A stretch of DNA of 64,000 nucleotides, taken from contig OX597819.1 in assembly GCA_951406725.2 (NCBI GenBank), forward strand, positions 118,544,001 through 118,608,000. Direction: 5' to 3'. The DNA is from Octopus vulgaris (Eukaryota). Within the stretch, counting starts at the first letter, position 1; the number at the start of each line of letters is the position of its first letter. Shown here piece after piece: positions 40,319 through 53,300 of the stretch. The position numbers and the translations under genes are program-made. Below the pieces are notes generated by a model that searched no databases, was not told the origin of the DNA, and saw only the letters and a list, made by a program, of their open reading frames with translations.

Positions 40319-41141
40319 GAGCTCACTCTCCGAAAGTGGTAGTCAATTTCAGTATCAGTTGCACCCACAACCACATAGAAATCAATAGAAGAGAATGATG
40401 TAAAAAAGATCATGCTAGGCGTACAAAAAACTCTACGCACGTACAGATACTCTTGCATAGAAGCAAAAAGACATATAAGCACATACATGCATACATGGAA
40501 ATACATACCAATGCATACAATTGTATGCATGCGTATATCATTATATGTTTTATTATATATCTTTTATTTATTGAATTCACTAAACCGAAGTAAGAAACAG
40601 ACAAACCCACGTCAGTTGTCAATTGAGAAAACACACATTTTAAAGTAAATATATAATAAAATGCTTCCAAATAAGGAAGCGTAGTGTTAGAGACATAAAA
40701 AGGGATAAATTCAAGGAAGGAATGAAAATCAAAAATATTTACCATTACAGATATATCCCAGACGGATCAGTTTCTACCTCTTTCTAGCAAACAGACAGAA
40801 TATATTTGCTAAGGCAAGGTTCGTCAGTAGGAAGCCTTCTTAATCCTAGATGCACAGAGAGTTAGAATACGTGTAGATCTAACGGTTTGTATATCTTAAC
40901 TTTCCAAACCTCCGCGCAAACGCAAAACATACCCGGTGACACATAACATTCCGGTAAAAAATGTTACGAACAAATCTATCAAGCAATAAGTAAATATATG
41001 TAGGTACCTCTCTGACTACATTACCTCACATACACACAACACACACACACACACACACACACACAATCATACATACCTACATTCATTCATGCTGCACTAC
41101 ATTTATGGTTATTTCCTGTTGTCTATTTTCTCCCTCTTTAT

Positions 41142-41185
41142 ATCCTTTTCTGTTGAAGAGCGCAGGCTCGAAACGTAACAGGGAT
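41142..41185 (+). ncRNA. Variant minimal hammerhead (CUGUUGA core)
   Basis: ATCCTTTT-CTGTTGA-A-GAGC-GCAG-GCTC-GAA-ACGT-A-ACAGGGAT. Confidence 0.6.
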
Positions 41186-41351
41186 TCATTTTTCCCGAGC
41201 GTCAAACCCAAGCACTTGCTTGTTGTTCATGCACTTGTCTTCCACTTCCATTATTCAGTACATTTAAACTATACACACATATACACACAGTACATTTAGA
41301 CTATACACACTATATACACAGTACATTTAAACTATACACACACAAACACAC

Positions 41352-41382
<31 letters not shown>

Positions 41383-41424
41383 GACGGTCAAAAATTGTGA
41401 AGCATGACTGTCACCACTACTACA

Positions 41425-41469
41425 TGAACCTGAAGATTGCAGAATTTAATGCATGAAAGTACTAGTTCA
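41425..41469 (+). ncRNA. Minimal type I hammerhead ribozyme
   Basis: TGAAC-CTGAAGA-T-TGCA-GAATTTAA-TGCA-T-GAA-AGTACT-A-GTTCA. Perfect 5-bp helix I, palindromic stem III, CUA triplet. Confidence 0.8.
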
Positions 41470-41564
41470 ATCAGAATGAACATTTAACATTCTATTATTT
41501 TATTTTATTTTATTTAAGATTGTAAATAAAACGTGAAAATCAGACAAGGTTGGAATTCCATTTA

Positions 41565-41631
<67 letters not shown>

Positions 41632-42223
41632 ACATATACGTCACAATTTCTTTCTACCTATTTCACTTACGGCTTGGAGATCGATCCGGAACAATAGTTG
41701 AAGTCACCACCTGCATATATCAGGCAGTGGGATTGAATTTCAAACCTCGTAGCTAGAAAACGTTCTCGTTAACTACAGAGACATGCCTGAATGGATGGAT
41801 TTCGAGTACTAATGTAATCTGTAAATGTAAATTTGTTGGTATTGTATCCGTTACTGTGCAATTCCACTTGAGATCGAGTGAGAACGAATTGAGAGAGAGC
41901 ACAATTCGGAAAGTACTTGCGCGTAGGAAGTTATATGAAGGTAGAACGTCACAGTTGACTTACAATGGATAACTCGAAAGTAAATCAAAAACAGATAAAT
42001 CGTTCTCCAACTATATTTTTAAAACAGCGTAGCATCTCAGTGAACGGTGGGTACTTTTCCAGAAATCCATATGCTATCTGATACATCTTAAGGAACTGAG
42101 AGCTAAAACAAACAAAAATAGTGCCGTTAGAATTTCATTCGTCAAAACTCAACAAAACGCACCACTTAAACATCATACAACACCACACATGTATGTATGT
42201 GTGCGCGTGTATGGGTGGATGTT

Positions 42224-42259
<36 letters not shown>

Positions 42260-42469
42260 TGTGTGTATGTGTGTGTGTGTGTGTGTGAGCATGTGTGTAT
42301 GATTTTAGCAATAACGGGCAGAAGTGATTGAGTGACTTAAAGTTCCGAGCAGTGGAACTTGTCTGAGTGAAAAATGCGAGACTACAAAACTCTTAAATTG
42401 CCGATTATAAAGAACAACAGAAATATACCCATATTTTGTGCTTTATTTCTTACTCTGTTTATAATGAGA

Positions 42470-42750
42470 CACGGAGACGTAAACACACCAGCATCGGTTG
42501 TCATGCAATGCTAGGGGGACAAACACAGACACACGAATATATAGACACACACTTATATATATACATATGTATACATATATACATATATACGACAGGCTTC
42601 TTTCAGTTTCCGTCTACCAAATCCACTCACAAGGCATTGGTCGGCCCGGTGCTATAGCAGAAAACACTTGCCCAAGATGCCACGCAGTGGGACTGAACCC
42701 GGAACCATGTGGTTGGTTAGCAAGCTACTTACCACACAGCCCCTTCTGCG

Positions 42751-42753
<3 letters not shown>
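42470..42753 (-). mobile_element. SINE, 3'-truncated (family of 8209-8614)
   Basis: Near-identical to 8350-8614. Confidence 0.85.
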
Positions 42754-42838
<85 letters not shown>

Positions 42839-43175
42839 TAGATAGATAGATATATCTTTGCTGTTGAGCAGAAGTGTTCTAAATCCAAAACTTTGCTTTT
42901 CGGAAAAATGGAATAGTTTCAACATTCCATACTGTACTTTGAAAAGCTTTGATATCTTGGCATCTGAAGAAGCTGGAGATACGATAATTCGACCAAAAGA
43001 TCCGTCTATTGCAACCCAAAATAAATATTGAAAAACGAATTTGCCCAAATTTGGACGTAGGACATAATATAACGTTTAACATAATACAACGATATATATA
43101 CACGCACACACGCACAAACACACGAACATATATATTTATATATATATCTATATCTATCTATCTATCTATCTATCA

Positions 43176-43233
<58 letters not shown>

Positions 43234-43241
43234 ATAGATAT

Positions 43242-43273
<32 letters not shown>

Positions 43274-43449
43274 ATATAACATACATATATATTTACGTAT
43301 CTGTAAACCCGGAGAAAAAGTGTAAATTGATATGTAAACATCACAAATATATGCGTAGTAATTTGGAGCTCCATTAACAACTTAAACTGTATTAAATCTT
43401 TATAAACGTTATAATTAAATAAGGCCAGGTGTAGTAACTTGCATACGTG

Positions 43450-43499
<50 letters not shown>

Positions 43500-43501
<2 letters not shown>

Positions 43502-44432
43502 ACTGAGTGACCACTTAGACTCATGTGCTAAAGACTTAAACCCCAAATTCTATATATTCCCCTTCTACCAATGTAAAGACGGGATCACCACACAGGAGAG
43601 AATTAACAAGGAGAATCTCTTTATTGAAAAATTCCAAACACAACTTAATATGCAAACTCCTCGTTGATCAAACTTCCTTTCTCTACCTCACTCTTCATGG
43701 ATGGACTAACACAAATATATAAAGATACCATGCATTCACCACTTCAAGCTAAAACTTATATTCTTTAAATATCATTTTCACTATTGTTGTTGTTACTACT
43801 ATCATTTTTATTATAAATGATATGACAATTTGAAATGCAATTGTCTATGCAGTTTTATATTATTAGAAAATAATATAAATAAAGTGTTAAAATCTGAAAG
43901 TTAAGTTAACAAGCAATTATATAAAAAAGATAATGCAAATGAAGCTAAAATGATAGTTTTATAATTTGGGTTTTATTGAAGAACTCAAAAGAGTTGTCTC
44001 CCCTTACTCACAACACAGGAACTGAAGAACCAGGACCACAATTACTACTACTTCCTGTCCTGCAACATGCTGAATTTAACAACACAACACATCACATGCT
44101 CTTAATCCCTTTGGATCTTAACACCTCAAGGTAATTTTTTGGTAAACAACCATAAAACTCAAGATACACAACGAACTCACAATGTATCGGAGAACTTATT
44201 TTTTAATTTATGTACATTTTTATCATTATTCTTTTACAAAAAACATTGCAATTTTCTTTTTTTCCCCTTTCTAATTTTTAAAAAACCTCTTAAAACATAA
44301 ATATTCTTGACAAGTCATACATTGACGAAAACCGGTTGAATAAATATATATATTTATATATTTTATCATTTTCTCATTTTATTAAAATTTTCTTTCATTT
44401 GAGCATTCTGCATTTCTAAAAAAATTTTTCCT

Positions 44433-44436
<4 letters not shown>
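43500..44436 (+). mobile_element. 5'-truncated Penelope-like element (GIY-YIG C-terminus + 3' region with decayed HHR) in (TA)n
   Basis: Open frame 43500-43667 PLSDHLDSCAKDLNPKFYIFPFYQCKDGITTQERINKENLFIEKFQTQLN. HHR-like motif at 44302-44342: TATTC-TTGACAA-GTCA-TACAT-TGAC-GAA-AACCGGTT-GAATA. Confidence 0.8.
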
Positions 44437-44492
<56 letters not shown>

Positions 44493-44891
44493 AGTGCTTT
44501 AACGATCACTGCCAAAATATTTTGAATGAAAAGAAGACAAATTTTACATACACACTACGCAATCTGATTACGCTCTAGTATGATTCATTAGAATTAAGCA
44601 CCGTAATTCATATCATTTTATAATTAAGACACATATTCAGTTAATGTACGTAAATTAGTATATAAATATGTTTGTTAATGCTATAAATTGTTTTACGGTT
44701 TGTATTTTATCAATCTGTATCATTTCTGAAAATTAGTATTTATCTTCTCACATTCTTTTTAAATTTAAAATTTTAGAAACCAAATTTTGCGGATCATTGC
44801 TGAAAAATGCCGCTAAAATAAAAATTAGCAAGAAATAAATTCACGTTACTAAAACAAATCTTTCTAAGTTTTTCTGTCTTCAAATATTATC

Positions 44892-44913
44892 AGTAATAAT
44901 AATAATAATGATG

Positions 44914-44947
<34 letters not shown>

Positions 44948-45059
44948 TAATAGTAGTAGTAGTAGTAGTAGTCGTAGTAATAGTAGTAATAATAACAACA
45001 ACAACAACAACAACAACAATAATAATAATAATAATAATAATAACAATAATAATAATAAT
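44892..45059. repeat. Compound (AAT)/(AGT)/(AAC) trinucleotide microsatellite
   Basis: Read directly. Confidence 0.9.
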
Positions 45060-47564
45060 CATTTCAGTGTCAGTTGACCCCACCACCACAAACATCAGTC
45101 GAAGAGAGAGAATGATGTAAATCTGTCTAGTCTGAAGCATGTGTATATGGAGTCAGGACAGTTCTAAACGTACACGTAAGTAAAACCTCTGTAGATTAAA
45201 CAAGGAGTCAATGCATAAAAGTTTCCTGTTGAACAGAATGATTAATATCATGATATTGGTGAATATATATTCTCATATTTTCGTATTATGTTCCTCTGTG
45301 GCCACAATTCCTTTTTCTATATTTAGATTTATTTAACTATGTAACTGAAACATATGTTGGTAAAAGAAATATTATTGCTAGCAGATATACATCCATTTTT
45401 GCTGTATGTTCAATCTCATTTTCAGAAAGGCAATGTGGATCGTTGATTACATAACCGATTTCCATATCTTCTGGTCATATGATTCGATACTCTGTTTCGT
45501 GTAGCAATGGGTATTGGAGTAAAGCATTTGAGTTAAAGTTGCTTCAGTTCACTCCACTGGCAAAATTTAGTATCACAGACAAGGCGCCTATTGAATTCGA
45601 TTTAAGTGCAACTCAGTGAATACGTCAGTGAGAAATCTTCAGGCATGGGGAAACATCCTTACTATACAGGCGATTCTGTCTATCATATTAGTATATTTCA
45701 CACATATTTGCTTATATTTAATGCAATGCGTAATTTCCAAAGTGGCCATAAAGTAAACAATTTAAATTAAATTAACATGCGTTTAATGAAATTAATGTAA
45801 GCCGGCAGTTTTATCCGTATTTTAAACATTTGAGTGAGATTCTTCTGGGCGATTGGAACCATGTTTGGATTTTATTGGGAAGTATTTTCTGATATCTACC
45901 CAAAAAATATTCAACTAAGAGTAAGAAATATAACTGATTTTCAATGGATTTGATAGAAATAGCAGCAAAAATTCTCTAAAATCTCTGCTGAGAATTTCTC
46001 CTGAGAATATTCGGCGTAGTCGAATTGACGCTGCCTATTTGGGTTCTCTCCTTCGATGCTGTCTCATTTGATATCAGATATTTAAATCTTTCTCTCGTTC
46101 ACTCTCTTGCTTTCTCACTCTTTCTCTATGTTTATGGGTGTTCAATCAATAAACTGTAATCTCTCTCTCTCTCTTTCTTTTCCACACACGCTCTCTGTCT
46201 CTGTCTCTGTCTCTCTTTCTTCCACCTTTCTTCTCAGAATATTATATCCATGCGGGTGAGCATGCGCGTGTGCGCCTGCATATGTGTTTAGTTCCAGTGC
46301 CGAAAAGTAGTGCCATCACAACAGACTGAATATCCCGTCTACCATACGAAATCGTCAGCCTCCACACAGCCGTTTCAAATCATCAAATCACGAATTCCAG
46401 AATCCATACAAACTGCATAATATAATTAGTGTATGCAGTGTGTGTAGAATAAAACACCAAGATCGAGACTAGGGTGATTTTGATAACATGACAATTTACA
46501 GTGAATAAATTATCAGAGGTGGCAAATATTTTCAGTCAACTCTGAAAAGGCCAACAATTTTTGAACTTAAATATGTTTTGAAAGGAAAGATCACGCAAAT
46601 TGGAGCAATCTGAATATAGCGACAATTAAATGGCTACCGTATTTCAAAAGAAGAGGGAAAAATATACCAAAATAATATTTTTAATAAGATGATTTATTTT
46701 GGAAATAAGTCAAACAGGAGTGATGTAAGTGAAACCAGTAGGATGAAGAGAAGTTTATCTAATGTGAAATAGTTAACAAAACATGGTTTATTTAGTACGA
46801 ATAGAAAAGCATGGAGAAAGTAGTTATATCAGGGTGTAGTAGTTGAATGGACGCAGCTGCTTAGGCGTTGCGGGGTGCATTGGACATACACAGGGGCTCG
46901 AGATATATATGTGACCTGGTTGATTGCTAATTCGATCTGGCAAGAGGGCGTTGTGCACGTAACCAAATGAGTTAATTTTTGTTGCGTTAAAAATCGATAC
47001 GAGATAATTGCTACGAATATGTTAGGTTGAGTGTGAGTGCGTACAAGAAAAGCAAGAAATAGCCAATTCTGATAAATATAAATGAATGATGTAAATCATT
47101 GCTAATTAGAGAAAGTGTGCCGATTTAGCACTTCACTATCGTGAGACTAGACGCGGTAATAATCATCAACTTCTGAGTACACAAACGAATATTTATAGAT
47201 ATAACTATAACCGAACTAGTAATTATCTGGTAATATTACTATTTCTGGAGACATAAATTTTATTTTACGATGAATTACTTCAAAGGTATACGAAGGAATG
47301 TGTGTCTACAAAAGTGCACGTTGCGTATCTGTCGCCGAACCCAATATAAACATCAAAGATGATAAAAAGAGTACGACGGTGGGGAGAAACGAGCTGAAGA
47401 TAACAGTGATGCTGATGATGTAAATGCAGTTGACTGTAAATACAACTGGCATACACTCACATACATTAACATATGTATGTGTACATATAGGTACAACTAC
47501 TTAAGATTAGAAATATTCTTACATGCAAGCGAACAGTTGCATACACACACATATACACGCATAC

Positions 47565-47609
<45 letters not shown>

Positions 47610-47737
47610 TAATATATATTTATGATATATATATTTATATATATTTATATATATATATATATATATTCGCCATGATAGATCGCTAGCCACTACACATTCT
47701 CTACTTTTATCTCCTTGTTTCTTTCTTTCTTTCTTTC

Positions 47738-48333
47738 TGTCTTGCTTCGGGAACTGCATTAGGTATGATTAGTTAAATTTTGGTAGTAATGACTTATGTC
47801 CCTCTTAGCGTGTGGCATTTATGTGTAATAATGCCCTCTATACAATATAAATAAATATTTTCAAGTGAAAAAATTATTTTCGAATTTTTTCTCTTATGAG
47901 GTTTTTCACGCTAACTACCTGATAATTTCTTGTTAAGATTACTTATTAAGATTTTATCCTTAATTGTTAAATTTATTCCGAAGAAAAACTTTTCCTGCCG
48001 ACATGCAGTTCGAAAAAGCTCGCCATTTACCGAATATATGATGAATAAACATTTCCATGTGCTTCGCCGAGGGGAGCAGATGTCTGTTTGGCCTCACTAG
48101 TTATGTTGGTTGTTTATTTATGATGTGTTCAGAATATGTTCTACTGATGAACAAAATACGTATTTGATACGTTAATTGCGAAATCACAGGTGATATAGAA
48201 GTAAATTCAGTTTTTTAAATGTCTTGCTTCGGGAACTGCATTAGGTATGATTAGTTAAATTTTGGTAGTAATGACTCATGTCCCTCTTAGCGTGTGGCAT
48301 TTATGTGTAATAATGCCCTCTATACAATATAAA
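47738..48333 (+). mobile_element. Retrozyme/pLTR-like element: 482-nt unit bounded by 114-bp direct repeats, containing a hammerhead
   Basis: 47738-47851 matches 48220-48333 with 1 mismatch. Non-coding and ends in (TA)n. Confidence 0.75.
48139..48200 (+). ncRNA. Type I hammerhead ribozyme
   Basis: TTCTA-CTGATGA-ACAA..ACGTAT-TTG-ATACGT..TTGC-GAA-ATCAC-AG-GTGAT-A-TAGAA. AUA triplet and an A.C mismatch at the base of stem II. Confidence 0.8.
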
Positions 48334-48334
48334 C

Positions 48335-48365
<31 letters not shown>

Positions 48366-48421
48366 TTGTTCCAAGTCCTCGTGTTGTGTTTTTTTGTGCT
48401 TTCATGTTTGGATTAACTTTG

Positions 48422-48463
<42 letters not shown>

Positions 48464-48672
48464 TATATATATGTATATTTTTATGTATATATATATATGT
48501 AAATATATATGTATGTACGTATATATAGTTGTGTATGTACGTATATATGTGTGTGTCTGTGGAAGTGTTTGTGACTTTATAAAAGCAATTCTGTTGTATA
48601 TTTCAACTTGCATGGGTTGCTGGGATTGATTCTAATAACAGGTGTCTTGTACAATTATAAATTTCTGCAGAT

Positions 48673-48906
48673 TTATTTCTTTATTACCCACCGGGGGCTT
48701 AACATATAGGGGACAGACAAGGACAGACAAACGGATTATGTCGATTACATTTTGACTCCAGTACGTAACTGGTACTTATTGTATCGACCCTGAAACGATG
48801 AAAGGCAAAGTCGACCTGGGCGGAATTTGAACTCAGAAAGCAAATGCAGACGAAATACCGCTAAGCATGTCGTCCAGCGTGCTAAGCATTCTGCCAGCTC
48901 GCCGCC
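48673..48906 (-). mobile_element. SINE, full length (family of 3526-3760)
   Basis: Collinear with 32813-33043. Confidence 0.85.
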
Positions 48907-49723
48907 CAATTTATACCATATATTGAGTAAACTTTGATTGGCAGAAAGCATTGAGATGTTAGTCAAATGCATTGTGTCTGTAATTCCAAGTGACAGCATT
49001 GTCATTCATGCCTGAGGAATTCTTTTAAGATTAAACATGTGTGTGTAGAATATATAGAATGAGGTTTCAGCACTGATTCCCCTCCCCAATATCTCTTACT
49101 AAATGCGTTAACTTGTCCATATGTACCAGGTCGGAACTATGTTGCCTGAGATACACCAGAACGTTAGTAATTTAATTATCCAATTACTTCAGTACTTTAG
49201 TATATCGAGTTGGAATCCTATAATTAAAACAACCACATATAACTACATAGATAAATACATACAATCACATCGACGTACGTACACTTTGCTCTCTTATATG
49301 TAATTATATATTTATCTAAATCCTGTACGACTCTCTTCTTTTATTCTTTCCTTCTATCTATCAACTCTTTCTCGCTGACTTCGTTCAATCCACCCTTCTT
49401 TCTTTTGTTCCCCCTCTCTCATATTTCCTTGCCTTCTCCTCATGCTCACTTTCCCCCCCTCTTTTCACATCAGTGTGTCTCTGTCTTTTTCTCTCGACCC
49501 TCCTTAATTCTTCCGTCACTCTCCTTCTACATCTCTCTCTTCTCTCTTCACATGACAGGTTTTCCGCTAAGCATGACCTTTCTTTCTTGGTTCGGCCATC
49601 GTCCGTGTAACATCTATATCCCTCCCTGTGCCTGTGAAATCTTGTTCAAATTCCGACGAGGTTTACTTCGCCTTTCATCCTTTCGGGGTCAATAATTTCG
49701 GGCCTTGCGCCTAGAGTAGAAAA

Positions 49724-50510
49724 GAGCAAGCAGCTGAGACGAAGGGAGTCGGTGGATGTGCCAAGCAATTGTTAATCAACAAAATTTTTATGCCAGAGGT
49801 GCGGGAGCATAGGAGGAACCTAATATCAATGAGGCTAGACAACAAGAAAGACATGGACTCTGTTACCCACTCATGGATGCTAGAAGGACTTCAACTTGCA
49901 AAAGTGTTAATATTCAATGCCATAGCTGATCTGATTTCATCGTGAGACACTATTTTGAAATTAAACACAAAGATTGAGAGTATTATCATCGATAGAATAC
50001 AGTATCTCAAAGGCGCATTCCAAGCAGACAGCCTCTCTTTGATGTTGTTAATAATTTCCGCAAACCTATTGTCATCAACGTTTAAAAAGTCTGAAGGATA
50101 TCTCACTGGGTCACAAGGAAAAAGAAATAGCAACATTTAACACTGTTTCTTTGTGGATAACTGGAAACTTTATGCAAAGTATATGCATGAGGTGAAAAAG
50201 CTCCTTGACCTAGTTACAACATTCTCAAAGGATGTAGGATTGGCTTCTTGGTTAGGATAAATGTTATTACATGGTTGTGAAAAGAGGGAAAGCTATAAAC
50301 TAGACTAGTAAAATCTTCATTAAGGATTTGACTATTTCACTTGTATCTGACGAGGAATGTTAAAGGTATCTAGGGGTGGATGAAAATATATCTTACTGTG
50401 GGACGTGTAAGAAAAGACATGTCACTAAAGAATATTGCTGCCGAATAAAGAAAATTTAGACCTCAGAAACCTCTGCATTCAATAAAACAGTGGTCCACAA
50501 TGTATTTGCA
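49724..50510 (+). mobile_element. R4/Dong-like non-LTR retrotransposon RT fragment, decayed
   Basis: GCAKQLLINK...RRNLISMRLDNKKDMDSVTHSW (WLDYKKAFDSVPH), KGAFQADSLS (GIFQGDSLSP) and FFVDNWKLYA (FVDDLKLY). Confidence 0.8.
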
Positions 50511-50534
50511 ATGGAGTCAATCTGTAATTCAAGA

Positions 50535-51600
50535 TCAAACTCCATCACACCCACCACATTTGAGGACGTAGATTAAGTTCTTCGATGCACAGGTGAAGAG
50601 GTTTGTTATGTTGAAAGTTATACCTGCCCTAAATGCTGCGCCCTCCAAGATGGAAGTCAAGCACTTAGGGCAGCTGCATTTTTTTACCATAGGAGTTGTA
50701 TCTTTGGTGGGTAACAGGACACTGGTAAGTAATCTTTTTATGGATTGCGGTTGTCTCATGCTTTTAATAATCCTATATGTTTAAAGTGCATTTTAACTCC
50801 CCGGTTGTTCATAAGGACGGTTATGTTTTGGTGGATGATGTGGTACGCTTTGGTGTTTTTAGGATTGTGTGTTGATACGCAAAACAAAGTTCTAAGTGTT
50901 TCATGGGGTTTTCTTGCTTTTTGTAATTCTTGGATGTCTATCGTTTTTCATCTTCTATTCCATTATTGATTAAAGTAGCCGGATATTTTCTTTCTAGTAA
51001 TGTGTTTTAACTTTTTGGAGTCGTTTATCTCGGGTTACGGGATTTGACGCAATCGTGCAAATTCTTCTTGACAAGTGGGTGACAGGAAGAGAATAGAAGA
51101 TATTCTTTGGCGTACGTTGGTTGAAATAGATGTCGTTTTCAATTTTATTATCATTTTATGATTAAGATGTCCAGGAAGGTAATCTTAATCATAATGCTAT
51201 TTGTGGCTGTATTCCATTGTACATTTGATATTGTGGTTAATGCTGTTGATTAGGTTTTTAATTTCTAAGAGTTGCTCAATTTTATTCGACCAGAGAATGA
51301 AACAATCATCGAAATAGTGTTTCCAATTGACTGGTATTTTTGGAAGTTGTCTCCAAATCTCGCTCTAGTGTGCTCCTATACTTGGACGTCCAAGTATGCC
51401 ATGATATAGTTAGCAAAAATAGGAACTACACTCGTGACCATCTCAGTGCTTGATTCTTGACTGTAGGAGTTCTCGATGAAGGTAAAACGTTGTTTTGTAG
51501 GATGAATTTTATTCCTTGAGAAGGGATCTCAATTTGAGACCACTTCTGGCCGGTCCTTCCTGTGAAACACACAAACTCAGTATCTTTATTGACGTCTTCC
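50535..51600 (-). mobile_element. Penelope-like (Neptune-type) element, decayed RT + Cys finger + GIY-YIG start
   Basis: RQPQSIKRLLT...KKCSCPKC...FTCASKNLIYVLKCGGC. Upstream RT remnants PIFANYIMAYL, FDDCFILW, FLDI and TDIY-like. Confidence 0.85.
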
Positions 51601-52077
51601 TAAAATCTATTCTCCAGCTTATACTGAGCTTTATAAGGCATGACCTGGACTTTTTAAACCATCCCCCGAACAAAACCAGCAAGGGATCCCTTCAGTTTCA
51701 TTCCATATAATAAACCTTTACACTTCGATTTCTCACGAATAAAAAATAGAGCCCGTATATTTTTGGCTGGAAAAATTCCCAAATTACATTCCTCACAGAA
51801 TCGGAAGACGATTCATTATTCAAGGACTTCGGCAGATGCCAGAGTTAATTCGTTTTCAGTATATATGTTTTTACTATAGAAATCTATAGATGATTTAGTG
51901 AATCGCTAATGTGTATACAGAAGATAAATATAGACAGCAGTGTGCAATCTTTTACCAAAAAGTAAAACTGTAATTGTCAGTAAATATAACTATGGTGTTA
52001 GAAATACCTTCATTGCTAGAAATAAAACCGAAAGTGCTCTAATGCTGTAGTGAAATCACATAATTATATACATATAT

Positions 52078-52213
52078 ACTGACAGGGATTTTAATTGCCC
52101 GAAAACACCGATCAAGAATTCGCATTACTGACCAGCCAGTTACGGCAATTTCCTTCGAAATCAGTAAGGGATGGCTCGACTTTGGGAGATTCCGGAGTTA
52201 ATACTCTGTCAGT
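52078..52213. mobile_element. Small MITE-like element
   Basis: Inverted termini ACTGACAG(G/A)G...TTAA.T.CC.GAA. The same TACTGACAG start occurs at 26279 and 26447. Confidence 0.45.
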
Positions 52214-52322
52214 CTTTATTTTCACCATAACATCAAAGGGGGCTTCAGCGAAACGCTAATATGTATACAGAAGATTAATGTAGATAGTAATATTCAATGG
52301 TTTAAACGTGCCTTTAGTGACG

Positions 52323-52379
<57 letters not shown>

Positions 52380-52584
52380 CTCTCTTTTCTCTTTTACTTG
52401 TTTCAGTTATTTGACTGCGCCCATGCTGGAGCATCACCTTTTAGTCCAGAAGATCGACCGCAGGACTTATACTTTGCAATCCTAGTACTTATTCTATCGG
52501 TCTATTTGGCCGAACCGCTAAGCTACGTTGACGTAAACACGCCAGCATCAGTTGTCAAGCGATGTTGGAGAGACAAACACCCTC

Positions 52585-52627
<43 letters not shown>

Positions 52628-53051
52628 GTATGTATAAATATATATATATATTTAAATATAACCCAAACATAAGCAACAAGAATGAATCGGTAATTTAGTA
52701 CAATTGTTTCATACTATAACAATTTATTAAAGCTGCAAATGTTACAGCAAATATAATATGCTAAGTAATCTTCAGCTAATTTCATATAGGTTTTCCAATA
52801 ATGTAAAGATCTCAAATGAATTAGTAACATCTTAGAGAGTGTAAATATACTTATAAAGTTGTAGATGTGAGCTCTGGGAACTTGAAGCAAGATTCCAAGC
52901 AAACCATATATGCTTTCCAACAATGTAAAGTTCTCAAATTAATTAGTGACATCCCAGAGAAGGTAAATATACTCATAAAGATGTGGATATAAATTTCAGG
53001 AAACATGGAGAAAGATGCCAATCAGACCCCGATTAAGTTCGCATATATATT

Positions 53052-53141
<90 letters not shown>

Positions 53142-53300
53142 GGTTTCTTTCAATTTCCGTCTACCAAACCCAATCACAAGTCTTTGGTTGGCCCGAGGTT
53201 ATAGTAGAAGACACTTGCCCAAGGTGCCATGCAATGGGAATGAACCCGGAAACATGTGGTTGGTAAGCAAGCTACTTACCACACAGCCACTCCTGTGCCT
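52380..53300 (-). mobile_element. SINE (family of 8209-8614) split by an insertion in its internal (TA)n
   Basis: Tail half at 52380-52590 and head half at 53137-53300. Confidence 0.8.
52692..52781 (-). ncRNA. Type I hammerhead with extended stem II
   Basis: Minus strand: AATTAG-CTGAAGA-T-TACT.TAGCA...GCTGTAA-CAT-TTGCAGC...TGTTA.T.AGTA-T-GAA-ACAATTGT-A-CTAAATT. Confidence 0.75.
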
